Positions 36,901-49,464 of a DNA stretch of 64,000 nucleotides are shown here, in pieces. The stretch lies in NCBI GenBank assembly GCA_977018835.1, contig OZ361258.1, positions 558,001-622,000 on the forward strand, read 5' to 3'. The position numbers were made by a program, and so were the translations under genes. This DNA comes from Minutocellus sp. GHC0000111. Lineage: Eukaryota. The notes under the pieces were generated by a model, which ran no database searches, had not been told where the DNA came from, and saw nothing but the letters and a program-made list of their open reading frames with translations. Positions within the stretch are counted from its first letter, which is position 1, and the number at the start of each line of letters is the position of its first letter.

Positions 36901-38289
36901 GCTGGAACGACGGCGCAGATCTGTGCAATGACAGAGCTTCAATGCATCGTGTGGGCTTGGCAGCATGGTTTTTGTCGCGCGAAAAGCGACATTTTTATTT
37001 TGATCGAAAATAAAATTACTATAAACCTAAAAAGAGCCAAAATACACGACATGACAGTGTTCTACTAGATCTTAGCTTTTGAATGCGACCTCTCCGAGCT
37101 TCTAGATCCGAATATTAGTCATCGAACGGTTCGTCGGAAAGTTCGTCCCAAATGAGCGCAACACGCGACAATTTTGCACGTGGTACTACCGACCCCCTTT
37201 GCTCCACCCACAGTCGCATCTTCGACGGGCTGAGGCCATACATCTCGAACTTTGCATTTGAAGGACGCGTTTGAGGCGTGGGTCCTCGGTCCGATGTTGT
37301 CCTGATGAGCAGTGGATGGTTTTCGTAGCACATGTTTCAAATTTTGTGAAATTGCACTTTCCGACACCAACTTTTGAGCCCACCATTGCAGCTCCCGTTG
37401 CCCATTCGGCTCCGGCCAACCGCTGAACCACCAAGTATGGCCATCGAAACGAATTGTCCTTGACCGGGGGCGCCGTTGGTGCTGGTGTTTGTGCTCCCCG
37501 GCGCCGCAACCTGAATTTGTTCGTCTCATGCTGAAAACAAAAAAATGAGTGATGTGTGAGGGAAGATACCGATCAACAATCAACCGTTTCCCGGGGCCGC
37601 ACGCACCAAGACACATGCCAATAGGTCCAAGGTAGGCGACCGTACCTCGAACAGTTCGAAATAGTGCTGCGAGCGGCGTGGCGGTGGCATCGGCAAACCA
37701 CCATGGTGGAGCTGGAAAAACGGCCGTACAAACACGCGGAAGGGGTCCGGAGGGGACAAAATCCGTCGGTAGTGTGGGTAAGTTTTGTACTAAACTTAAA
37801 ACTAAAAACAAAAATGTCGCGCTCTAAAAAAAGTCGCACGATATTGTACAATAATTAAGGCGGCCCTGTACATGTAGCTACTGTGTCGTCGCGAGGGTAA
37901 AGAAAGAACACCTACGTAGCTTGTAGCTACATAGTGGAGTTGGCCAGATGGACAGGCAAGCTATGTTATGCAAGAGCTACCTACGTCGGAATTCCTATCT
38001 ACTAGGTACATGGCATGTACGCAGCAGTTGGGAATCCAGCGAGACTTACTGATATATTACCGAGCTAGCTGTCATAGTTCTTATCTTTCGCGATCTCCCT
38101 GCCTTCTGCCTTACCGGCAATTTTATCTCTTCGGAGTTGCCTGACAGATCTTTTACGTACACGCAAGCTCGATTTATCCTATCGTTACGTAGTATCAGCA
38201 GTGCATCCGCACACCATATTAATAGACTCCTCTTTATTATGCATCATCACAATCAACATTCATAACACCCCTTGCATAGCTGCTGCTAG

Positions 38290-39618
38290 CTAGCACGAAA
38301 CATCCATGCACACGTCGCACACCTGGCAATTCTTGGGGCGCTTGTAGTCGTTGCAGTTGAGAGTACCTTTCTGGAGGAGCTTTCGTGCCTCATTGCAGCG
38401 GCAGTTCTTGGCACTGGACAGGTCGGTCTTATCGCAGGTTCGTGCCAAGTCGAACATCCTATGAGTGTCAAAATACATAATTTATGGGAAGAGTATGAGT
38501 GATGTGATGAGATTCAGAATGAAAGAGAGGCCGCCACGCTCGACGTATGTATCTTACAAGCACATGACCATACACTCCATTCACATCAAGGAAAACTTAC
38601 CATTTGGTCGAATACGAGGAGCAGTCTCCAAGATCGAAACTGCTGCCTTGCTTCTGATCTTCGCCGGTGTTCGTCGTTGTCGTCGCCGGTGCCCTGATCC
38701 CTCTGCTCCTTTCCTCCTTCGTCGCTACGCTTCTCTACTTTCTTCTTCTCATCAGGCTTAGTTGTGGCCATTACAGACGATGAAGCCGAAGTGTCACTTG
38801 CGCTCTTGGATGCCTTGCTGGCCTTGGATGACTTGCTGCTCTTGCTCGCCTTTCCCTTCTTGGACTTTTTGCTGCCAAGTTCGCGACGCGTATCGGGACC
38901 GGTACCACCGCCCTGATCATTTCCGGTATTTCCACCGTCTCCTCGCTGCTCCTTTCCTCCGTCGTCGCTGTTCTTAGCCTCGCCCTTGCTGGATTTGCTG
39001 GACTTGGCCGACAGTTTGTGGCCGCCCTTGTTCTTGCTGGACTTGCTCTTTTTTGATGTCTTGCTGCCGAGATCACGACGCTGCAAATAATCATCAGGTC
39101 CAGTTCCACCGCCCCGATCATTTCCGGTATTGCCGCCATCTCCTCGCTGCTCCTTTCCTCCGTCGTCGCTGTTCTTGGCCTCGCCCTTGCTGGATTTGCT
39201 GGACTTGGCCGACAGTTTGTGGCCGCCTTGTTCTTGCTGGACTTGCTGCTCTTGCTGGACTTGGAGCTCTTGGAACCAAGGGCGCGCTTCAAAATGCAAA
39301 ATATTCGAGAGGGGGAACATACAGGATGTGAGAATCGCGAGCAAGCGTTGAATCAATATTGATAATGACATTAACGAAGCAACACCATGCAGGCAATAGT
39401 GCCGTCGATCCAGTACCAGCACCAGATGCTACATGTATGCAGACCCGGCACGCACGTACCTGGCGGACCATCATCCTGTCGGCCGAAGTGGTGGCTCCAA
39501 GTCGTCGCCTCCTGAGGCCGGCATCGGCGGCGTCGTTGTGCTCGATGGAAGACGACGCGACGGCGACGCCGAGGATCAATGCAGCAGCGCCAATGAAGGC
39601 AAGTGGTCGGGAAACCAT
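38290..39618 (-). CDS. Silaffin-like biosilica protein precursor (3 exons: 39618-39460, 39286-38601, 38458-38290); two frameshifts in this sequence
   Basis: Signal peptide, RxL processing sites (RRL, RAL, RDL, REL), KSSK/KxxK clusters, ~200-bp internal repeats and a Cys-rich C-terminal domain. 1-nt loss at 39226-39227 relative to the sister repeat at 39025-39027, and a second shift at ~38670. Confidence 0.75.
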
Positions 39619-39965
39619 GGTGATATGTATCTGAGGCAGAGAGGACATATTGCTGTATCCTGATGATGAATTCAATTCGAGTTTGCTTTGATTTGAAGTT
39701 GCCGCCACACCAAATTTGGGCGCTGAAATTTTTATGTTGGGGATGTTGGCTGGGCAGGCTTTGCGCAACGGACAATTAGCAGTACATGAGCCTTTCCTTG
39801 ATTTGGGTGCTAAAAACAAGTGACCCCCACGATGACCTCCGTCTCCAACCTCCAACGTCCCACCCATTTTCTCGCTAAATGCCTGGCATGAACCAGCGCA
39901 AATCGTCGCAACCTTCTCCGATATACAGCAAGCTAAAGCTAAGTATAAGCACATCTAATAGCAAC

Positions 39966-41200
39966 ATGGTCGCCATCAACAAGGGATCTCTCGATACGGG
40001 TGCATCGCAGCCCACCACCATCGTCGATGAGGAGCAGAACGGAGAGAATTTGACGGTACCGCTCGTCGGAAAGGGTGGGGACAAATTCGCCGACAATGGA
40101 AGCGGAGGCAACGCCGGAGATGCTTCCTCTGCACCCGCCAAGAAGCCCTCGGGCCTCGGAGAGTCCACCGCTTTTTGGCTGCTCATGCTGTTCCTGGCCT
40201 CGGTCACCATGACCGTCGGCAATAAGTATGTGATGAATAAATGGGGCGATTTTGCCAATACCCTCACCTTGCTTCAAAACGGCACGGCGGTCCTTTACCT
40301 AGCCGTATCGCGGTACTTTGGCGTGCTCGAGATGAAGCCCATCACCGGACAGCAATGGCGGGTCTTTGCCGCCACGGCCTTCTTCCTTTCCATGCAAATT
40401 CTTACCAGTCTCAAGGCTTTGCCATATGTCGCAAGTGAGTATAAATGCTTGTTTCATTTTGCATCATGTCATTGATTTGATCATTATTTCCAATATGTTT
40501 GGAAAACATTTGATATTGCAATTTGATCTCACTCTTGTCGACTCTTCTATTCTTGCATAATGCATAATGATAATTGAATCCAGTCGCCACGGTGGTTGTT
40601 TTCCGCAACACGTGCACCGTCATCATTGCCATCATCGATTACTTCTTTGGAAACAAATTTTCCAAAATGCAAATGGCCTCCCTTGCGGTGACGACGGTGG
40701 GTATGCTGATCTATGCCGGACAGGACATCAATTTCAATGCCGTGGGATATCTTTGGCTGGTCGGTAATTCATTCGCCACCATCTCCAACACATTCTGGAA
40801 CAAGGTCTTTATTACCAAGTACACGAAGGAATTGAAGATTCAGACCAGCTATGGAGTCAGTCTCATTCAGCAGATCGAAACTTTGCCCATCATCTTTGTT
40901 TGTGCCGCATTCAACAACGAGGGTGGTGCGTACATGGCTTACACTCCGCTGGAGTTGCCCGCCAAGCTGGCCATATTGGCCACCTGCGCCGGAGGTGTTT
41001 TGATCGGAATTGCTTATCCCAAATGCTTCTCGCTGCTTTCCGGAACCAGTGTGGTGGTGGCCAGTACCGCCAACAAGGCCGTATCGATCCTCATTGGCAT
41101 GTACCTGTTCGGCACTCGATTGAGTGGCATGCAAGTTCTTGGTCTGGCCGTTTGCATCGGTGGCAGCTTGTGGTACGCCTTGGAGGGAAAGAGAAAGTAG
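39966..41200 (+). CDS. Nucleotide-sugar transporter (TPT/GDP-mannose transporter family; intron 40435-40583)
   Basis: MTVGNKYV, LLQN, SLKALPYVAIATVVVFRN, SVVVASTANKAV; about 10 hydrophobic helices. Confidence 0.85.
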
Positions 41201-41616
41201 AAAATATGAAATACATGTCAAATGGATGATCAGAGCAGCCAGCAGCAGAGGGAACGAAAGCGATATGTTGGGTCGTTTATTTCTTCAGTATGACTGGGTG
41301 TAGTCTAGATCCAAGGTGGGCAGTAACCAGCAATTCTATAGTACTAATAATATATGGAGCTATTGCCTGGATTTAGATCTAGCTAGCTACGTAGTAGTAG
41401 CCAGATCAACATAAACCCGTCTCGCCATCATCCTCCTGCCCTTGCTTCTTGCTTCCACCCGACGATGAGTCGAGTCGGACGAGTCGAGTCATCGTCATTC
41501 GTCGCGCCGTCATGCGCATGATGCACCGCCACTTTCGAACTTCCGCCACGCAACGGGCTGGCGATGGCGGGCGTGCTAAGCTCGATAGTAGGAGGACTTG
41601 TCCTGAAAGAGGCATC

Positions 41617-42564
41617 ATGATGGCCCTGCATTCTGTCGGCAAGCTGAGCCGGGCCTACGCCTGCTCGACCAACGCCACAAGGTGCATCTTGTCTATAGCA
41701 AGACATGCCGCATTTCCATCATGGGTCTCTCGTTCCTTAAGCACTTCGGCATCGTCGCCGCCTCGACGCGTTCGTTCTATCATACTCGTGCGTCACGGAG
41801 AATCACAGGGCAACGTAGATGAGTCTCATTACGGAGAGACAGCAGACTGGCTCATCCCCCTGACGCAGAGGGGACGCCGACAAGCTCGTGCGGCAGGACG
41901 GGAGGTCCATCGCATCCTAAGTGAGGGATGCGGCCAAAAGGCAGATGGTAGACCTGGGAATGTCTTCTTTTATGTGTCACCGTATCTGAGAACAAGGCAG
42001 ACACTTCGTGGGATACTGATGGAGGTCGATCGGCAACAGGTGATTGGAATTCGAGAAGAACCAAGAATTTCTGAGCAACAGTTTGGTAATTTCCAGGACC
42101 TCGAACAGGTACGGGATGCCAAGGCTGAGCGAAGCGACTATGGTAGATTCTATTATCGGTTTCCCAACGGGGAGTCCGGATTTGATGTGTGCGAGCGGAT
42201 CAGTGGCTTTCTCTCCAGTGTCATGCGAGATTGCGAGCAATTGGAGAGAGAGGGTCATGATCTGGATGATACCAGTATCTGCATTGTCACACACGGGCTA
42301 TCGTTGAGGTTGATACTGATGAGGTGGTTCCAATACTCAGTGCATGAATTTGAAGAGAGTCGAAATCCGAATAATGGCGACGTCGTCATTTTGAAGCGTC
42401 ATATTGATAATCAGACTGGACGTTCGTGGTATGAGCTCAAAGATTATGCTCGTGAAAAGCTCCACCTGCCGGCCTACGAAGAGCAAAGTCGCTTTCGGAT
42501 TGCCGATGATATTTCTTTGCTGGATACGGATCCCTGGGATGAGGGCGAAGAAGATGGAAAATAA
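41617..42564 (+). CDS. Histidine phosphatase/phosphoglycerate mutase family (DET1-like)
   Basis: IILVRHGESQGN, YVSPYLRTRQT, EEPRISEQQFGNFQ, RFYYRFPNGESG, IVTHGL. Start codon uncertain. Confidence 0.88.
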   Translation: MMALHSVGKLSRAYACSTNATRCILSIARHAAFPSWVSRSLSTSASSPPRRVRSIILVRHGESQGNVDESHYGETADWLIPLTQRGRRQARAAGREVHRILSEGCGQKADGRPGNVFFYVSPYLRTRQTLRGILMEVDRQQVIGIREEPRISEQQFGNFQDLEQVRDAKAERSDYGRFYYRFPNGESGFDVCERISGFLSSVMRDCEQLEREGHDLDDTSICIVTHGLSLRLILMRWFQYSVHEFEESRNPNNGDVVILKRHIDNQTGRSWYELKDYAREKLHLPAYEEQSRFRIADDISLLDTDPWDEGEEDGK

Positions 42565-42588
42565 ATTAAGTTTTCGTACTACCGTACT

Positions 42589-42645
42589 GTACGTAAGTGA
42601 TGGCTAGTACGTAAGTGATGGCTAGTACGTAAGTGATGGCTAGTA
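42589..42645. repeat. 18-bp tandem repeat x3
   Basis: GTACGTAAGTGATGGCTA three times between convergent gene ends. Confidence 0.9.
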
Positions 42646-42740
42646 TTTGTACGTATTGGAATACATGTATCTGTTGATACGTGGCATTGGATCTAAGTAG
42701 TAGATAAGCTAATAACAGAAACAATAAAAATAAGACCGCG

Positions 42741-43821
42741 CTATTGTATCTCTCCCGAGTCCACAATCGTCACCTTTTTTGTTGGCTTGCCGCTGTACGT
42801 TCCAAGCTGCTCCATCGAATGGATCACCACATCCCCCTCCAGTACGGTCCCAAACACAACATTCTTGTTGTCCAACCACCGTGTCTTGACCGTGTTGATA
42901 AAGAACTGGCTGCCATTCGTGTGCTTCTTGCCATGGTTCGCCATCGACAGGAGCAATCGCTTGTCGTGCTTCACCTCGAACGTCTCGTCCTCGAAATGAC
43001 CACCGTGTGTGGATTCACCGCCAGTCCCATCCCCGTGCGTTATGTCCCCACCCTGGACCAAGAAGTTTGGTACTGTTTGGGATTCATTTGTGCAACATAA
43101 ACAATAAAAGTCATGAGGAATTGTATCAACAAAACACGAAAGAGGAGACACAATGCGTAAATACATATCAAACTATTGTTTGACTCTTGTCTCGTAAAAA
43201 ACGACTCACTTATCCGATGAAATTCCGTCCCCTTGTAACACAGTGGCTTGTCGCTGAGCTGGCCATTGCCCTTGTCGCACGCGCAAAGAGATCGAAAGTT
43301 CTCCACGGCTTTGGGGAGCGATGCCGCCAAATAGTCCCAGCACGACCCGCCAAATAGTCCCAGCACGACCTGGCCGCTGTGATGAGGTTCGCCCTCGATC
43401 TCAATGTTGAGGTAGACCCGGTGGGTGATCTCCGGCAGTTGTCTAAAAATAAGGTATGAGCATGTGCATGTGCGGGCAGATCAGGCAGATGATGAAGGAT
43501 GAGAGGAAGAGAATCTCGAGCGAGCAAATGTATGATAAGAATCAATGCATGCGCAACTACCGGCACTGCAACTACTCACGGCTTGGGCTTCATCTTGGGC
43601 CGTTCGGCCATTTTGGTCGGCACCGGCCATCCCCCGCCCCCACCAGCACCACCACCAGCAGCACCAGCCCCTTCCCTTGTTGCAGCATTATTGTTATGGG
43701 TATTGGCATTGCCAGTATCCCCGCCGGCGGCGTCGGAGGCCTTAGACGGGGCCGGAAGAGATGATGATATCAACATTAAGAGAAGGAGAGTCGCCGAGGC
43801 GGCACGACGTGAGGTCACCAT
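42741..43821 (-). CDS. Secretory-pathway cyclophilin (PPIase; 3 exons), carrying a 23-bp duplication +1 nt and motif lesions
   Basis: Signal peptide; [68 protein letters not shown]. Introns 43579-43443 and 43209-43073. Confidence 0.88.
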
Positions 43822-43899
43822 CTTGCCGTTACGTTTTGTTGCTTGCTTGGTATGGTGCTTCTGTGGTGCTTTGTGGCTTGTTGTTTGACTATACTAGCT

Positions 43900-44640
43900 A
43901 GTACGACTGTCATCTCGTCCAACTCGGCCCATGGCCGGAGCGGCGGCGGTGCCGGTAGCAGCAGCAGTGGAGGTCGTCCTCCTCAGAGCAGCAGCAGCAG
44001 CAGCCGACTGCCTCCGAGCTACATCGGCAGCAGCGGCAGCAGCAGCCGTCCTCCGGCACCTCGCGCGGTGGTAAGTCCCGACGCCTCTTCGGCGTCTTCC
44101 GCTGCCATGTCCGGACGCGACCGACCGTGGCGCTCCCAGCACGGTGGCGGCAGCAGCGGCATGGCAACTAATAATGGCGACGACGACGAGCCGGGCATGA
44201 TTACCTCCGCGTCGGTCCACGCCGGTTCGTCTTCGTCCACTTCCAGTGCAGGCGGCAGGCCCTCGGCGTCGGCCCGTCACCAGCCGTCGCCCTTCGAGCT
44301 CATGGCGTCCGACATTGAGCAGAGGTTGGCCGAGTCCAAGGCCCGTCTCAACCACGCCACCGGCACTGGCAGCAGCAGCAGCAGTAGCAGATCCAGTGCC
44401 GTCGTTACCCCCACCAATTCCAACTCCAATGCCAGCTCTGCCAACAACCCCAACACACTGGAACGCTCCTCGTCCTCGGGTCTCAACTCGCGGTGGGATC
44501 ACTTCTCCTCGGATCCCGGCCTGGCCGAGGAGTCCCGCTCGGCCACCGGACGGGCCATCGCCTCGGCGGCCACCAGCGCGGCCGAGCGGCAGGTCCAGGC
44601 CAGCGGCAGTCCCGACCGGAGCGGCCTTGGCAGTCGCGTC
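43900..44640 (+). pseudogene. Ser/Gly-rich coding fragment, no recognisable domain
   Basis: Coding-like codon usage in ORF 43843-44688. It lacks a clear start context and collides with an antisense ORF at ~44640. Confidence 0.35.
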
Positions 44641-45236
44641 GTCTTCCACTTGTACCAATGGCGGTGGTGGAGGAAGCGACATTGCTGATTTGCTGGTACG
44701 GCACCTTGGACTCCTTTTTCGTCTCTGCCATCTCCAATCGGAGACGGCTTACTCGCTTGACTTGGCTGCTGCTGGGATGATGATGTTGGGCTTCTCTTCC
44801 AATACGAGTCAAAGATGGCGCGGCGCGGTGAGATGGGCGACTTGGACTCGGTCTTGGGTTCTGATACTGGCGCCGGCGTCGGTGGATGAACGGGTGGGTT
44901 CTCATTGATACTTCCAAACGATGACAGGGATGATAGAGACAGGGATGATAGAGACGAGGAGGATTCATGCTGCTGGGCGAGAAGAGCCTCGTCGGTACGA
45001 TCAGCGGCTGACGTCGTGGACGATGCGTTCGATGATGTGATGGATATGCTTCTGGGGACAGCGTACTGATATGCGGGTGGCGGTCGTGAAGAATCTTTTC
45101 CGTCGTTGTCGTCGTTGTGTGTGGTGGGGTTCTTTTTGCAATCGTGCTGTTGCTGTTGATCGGGCCTGGACGAGCCAAAACCCTTTCCACCTGACTGCTC
45201 CTTTTCCTCATTGGCGCAAAATATCTGGCGGTCCAT
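44640..45236 (-). pseudogene. 5' portion of a Ser/Pro-rich protein gene, truncated
   Basis: MDRQIFCANEEK...SPRRAIFDSYWKRSP; the reading frame runs into the antisense of the + fragment. Confidence 0.35.
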
Positions 45237-45734
45237 CACTCCTGTGGGCGAGTAGTCTGATGTCTCGTGATGTGCCCGAATCTGATGGGCCACATTGGCG
45301 GTCCTTGCCGGAGTGTGCTGAAGCGAATTGCACATGCTGAAGGTTTAGCAAAATGAATGGGAGCTGGTATGGCGCACTATTGTGATTGGTCCGTGTGGAA
45401 CTGGAGGGTGACGAGAAAAGGATTCTCGTTTGCTGTTTGCGCCTTTTCTCTGAGCGAGAGCGGCGTCAGTGAGATTTGATTCGATGATTCGATTATTCGA
45501 TTCGTTGAGGCCAAGTTGCGGTCCTCGCCATCGTTGGTGACTTTCGAATGAGCTCGACCCGAACGGAAGATAGGCCGAAAAATAAAAAAGAGCCTGGGGA
45601 ATCTTTACTGTTTGTTGACGTTTAGTTGTCCGCCCATTGAGGAAACTTGAAGTAACTGTGCCGAGGAACGTGTGACATCGCTCGGAGCGGCGATGCGAAC
45701 CCTGCTTGCTTTCTACTCTAGCTAGGCCTACGTA

Positions 45735-48700
45735 CCTTTCGAGTTCAGAGGGTTTGAAAGTGACGTGATGATGACGTATTAGAAACACGACCACACCAGA
45801 CCAAAAATCCAAGCTCACTTTTTCTAACTCCGAGGAATAAATGACGGCCAAGATGGAAGTCGGGGCAAGAACCAAGTTATGGTCACCAACTTCTACATAT
45901 AGTCGAGAGATATTGTTCACCACAACCAATAAATGTACATTATGTGATGATTTTTTTCGACATTTGCATTCCTCACCCCGGGAAAAAAATACATTTTTGG
46001 AAGCACCAAATCAAAATGTAATGAATAGAAATGGACATGCTATGATAAGTTATAGCAAATCAATGACTCCATCGTCTTCATCATTTTCATCTATGTCGTC
46101 CTCAATGTCATCATCTTCGCCGGGAGCATCAATTGGCCAGAGTGGTTCACCATCCTCTTCAGCTTCTTCCTCGGCAATTTTTGCGAGACCAGCCTTTCCC
46201 CGTCTGGTCTCCACAAGATTGTTACCGCCACGACTTCTCTTGATGTTGTTATATATCACTGGAAGTTTTCCAAATACATTGAGAAAGGCCTCTTTTGATG
46301 CGACATTGGCCCATGCTTTCATCACAGTCTTGTCAAGAGCATTCGCATCATTCTTCTGACCGCGATGCTCCTTTTCGACGGCCGTCTGCAAAGACATCCA
46401 GATGCCGAGATCAAGAACATTTGTCTCGGGCGACCGAGGAACCTGCTGGATTATCTCAATCTTATATTTGTTTTTGAGGTCCTCGGTGTACTTCTCAACT
46501 GCTTCATTGGACCCATGACCGCCGGCATTGTCCATCATAAGATGCACAACATCAGACTCCTGAACATTTTGTGGATCCCACTTCACCCAATGATGTGCGT
46601 CTCGAATCGCCTTCCCGACCTCATTCACAGTCTCCAACATCCATTTGGAGTCGCAGCTACAGTCCTTGGTAACCTTATCGCCCCGTTGATACCGCACCCC
46701 GAGCTCAAGGTCGTCGATCTCATCCTTCACCTTCTCTCCATTGCTTGCTGTCAGGAGTGTGTCGCTTGAGACTCGAGATCTTTTGATTGTAGCCAACAGC
46801 GGCATGCTTGCGACTTTTTGCCTGACCGTCGGATTTATAGTCCTCGTGTTGAAGTTCCAATCGCTCTGTAACAAACTCAGAAAGGCCGTAGATTTCGGCA
46901 ATGTGGTCGCAAAGATGGCCGGCGGTCATGTCAGCATTCTCGTCGTAAATGTCGCGCCAATCTTTGTCATTTTTTAGCGCATCGTTGACCTTAGCATCTG
47001 GAGAGAAATTCTGATTACGCGTGAGCTTTTCCACCTTCTGCTCCCTGGCGACTCTCTTGATCATGATGCGCCCATTGAAATCAACTTCTTTGGTTTCATC
47101 CTTCATTGGTCGGCCAACAACTCCAAGATACATAACTTTGACAGGGTGTCTTCTGGATCGAATTTTCGGGCTTGCCTCGGAAGCATGATGGACAGACGCG
47201 AGGTTCGGACTACAACTTAGTTCTTCGTCAGAAAGTGGCAACATCTTGATCTTTCGTCGCCGAGCAGTAGTGTAAAACCACTTTTCATCAAGACACGCTA
47301 CAGGAATGTTGGGATCGGTCGCAATGTCCTCCCACTTTTCGATCCAATCAAGTCGCTTCCTGCAACATTCGGGGGTGAGCCTCGGCTTCTCGATCGACGA
47401 CTTCTCCTTGCCGCCTTGCTTTTTCCACCAGCGAAAAAGCTGAAGACGATGGAGACGAATTGTCAGCCTATCTTCATCTGGAGTAGCTGATTTTGCGCTC
47501 ACGCAGTCAGCTAGCTCCTTAAAGGTTGCCATCGCACCCTTCATCCGAGCAGCATGCCGATGCAGCTCGCGGAGACATCCTGGCTCCTTCTCCTCGATCA
47601 TGTCCGTGCATGCCTTCCTTCCACGAACCTCCTTTCTGCCGATGGGATTGCTGATGCCATCAGTAAGGCTTTTGTAGAGCTGGTCTCTCCACTTGTAAAG
47701 CTGAGAACCACCGGTTGACTTGGCATGACCGTGATCGTGCGCAACTTGCCAACACGCGGCAGTTGCAATTTGTTGCCGGTCTTCATGCGTGCGAGTTGGG
47801 TCGCCGCATCCCCACCAATCCGCGAGAGCCACGGCGCTGAACCGCATTCTTTCATTCGCCTGCTTTTCTTTTCTGATTGACATTGGTTCGGTGACGGTTG
47901 CATTGGGACGAGGAGGACGGAGCATGTCATCGTTGGCCATCCGAACAACAAAGTCGAGGCCGAGAGCGACCTTTACCTGTTCATCAATGTCACTGGAGGT
48001 GGCACAGACAACGGAAGTATCGGCTCCTCCTAAACCTTCATCATTGGGGGAGGCTGCAGCTGCTTCAGTGGCGGAAGTGTCACCAGTTCCCTTCAGCATG
48101 CTGAGGAGACTTGCTGGCATCCAACCCAGTTTCTTGGCCTCGTCGACTAGTGATTTCACTCTTGCTTCGCAATGCGCTGACTGTGCCTCCTTTCTGTGAG
48201 CTGACAACCTCTCACCTAGCTTAGTAGCTAAGACAGTCGAGCGCCCAGAGAACAGAACTTCATCGGGATTTCTTTTCTCGTGCACCTTCTGTCCCTCCGG
48301 TCCAGAGAATTTCGGGTGGTTGTCCTCCTTCTTTTTACGCAAAACCTGTGAGCACAAACACAAAGCGCCCTGCGTCTTGTCTTCCCTCTCGGCCGAAACG
48401 TCGACAAGTGCAACTTCAAACTACAATGCTCCTTGAGATGTTGCTGCATGTCCTTCCATTTTTCCTCGTTGTACTTTAGCTCATACTTTCCTCCACTTGG
48501 AACGCAACAAGTCGGCCTCGATGAAAGCAGGGAGGACGTCTTCCCATTTCTGCCGAGAACCAACAACACAAATGTCATCTTTGCCGCAGGAATCGGGGGT
48601 TACTCTCCACCACAGATCCTTACCAGCCCTTCGAATGACATCTGCTGCAAGGAGAAAGGCCATGGGGATAGGAGGAGGGGCCGTCCTCTTCTTCGCCGAC

Positions 48701-49192
48701 GACGACGGTGACGGTTTGGCCGGGGGCGAGCTTGAGACCGTGGCCGCTTCTTCGACGTGTTTGCGCTCGGCGATGGTGTTTTCGGCTCAGCTGCCGCCTT
48801 TGCCGCCTTCCTGGATGCCTTGGTGTTGCCTCTCTTGCTCCCTGAGAACGAAGTTCTGCTGCGTTTGTATTTTTTGGGCGTGGTCTGGTTGGTCGTCGTC
48901 ATCGTCACAAAATTTGCGGGTTGCGGTGAGAGAGGGTGTGCGGGGGACCAAAAAACACATGTGTTCCTGCCAGAATCTACTGGACCTGCGAATTCAGTGG
49001 ATACTACTGGTCGGTGGCAACCTACTAAATGAGCAGGTCCAGTAGATATCCACGAGTTGAGGAGTATTTGCGTTCCTCCCGAAGAGAACATCGACTAACA
49101 AAACACGTGGTGGGAAATGAGAAATGGGTGCAAGAATTACCTTTTTTAGGGGTTATTGGTATACCCTCTACAAATCCTCTGAAACCGAAAGG
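45735..49192 (-). mobile_element. Full-length Tc1/mariner DD39D-type transposon with frameshifted transposase
   Basis: ~22-bp imperfect TIRs (CCTTTCG..TTCAGAGG.TTTG) and TA TSDs at 45733-45734 and 49193-49194. Catalytic motifs LDEKWFY, MDNAGGH and SPETNVLDLG, with 39 residues between the 2nd and 3rd Asp. The ORF is split at ~46740 and further upstream. Confidence 0.92.
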
Positions 49193-49464
49193 TAGGCCTA
49201 GTACCTAGGCCTAGGTAGGCCTACTACGCTACGTGCCTAGTAGCTTCTTGCGAACCTCTACCTACGTATCGTACGTAAAGCAGCAGCGTGCGAGCATCTT
49301 TCATTGCTTCCCCGTAAAATTCTTGGTTTGTATTGCCAAGTCAAGTCAAGCCCGGCTCAGCAGTCCCCGTCCAGCGTCCAGCAGCAGCAGCAGTCAACCG
49401 TCTTCATTGCAGAGAGGAGCTTTGCCCTTGCGTGTTCATCGGGCATCCTCCGAAGAGTCGGGAT

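Noticed and set aside
37100..37868. Possible hAT-like terminus (CAGGGCCGCC on minus at 37868) with decayed ORFs
   Set aside because: No matching second TIR, TSD or transposase motif found.
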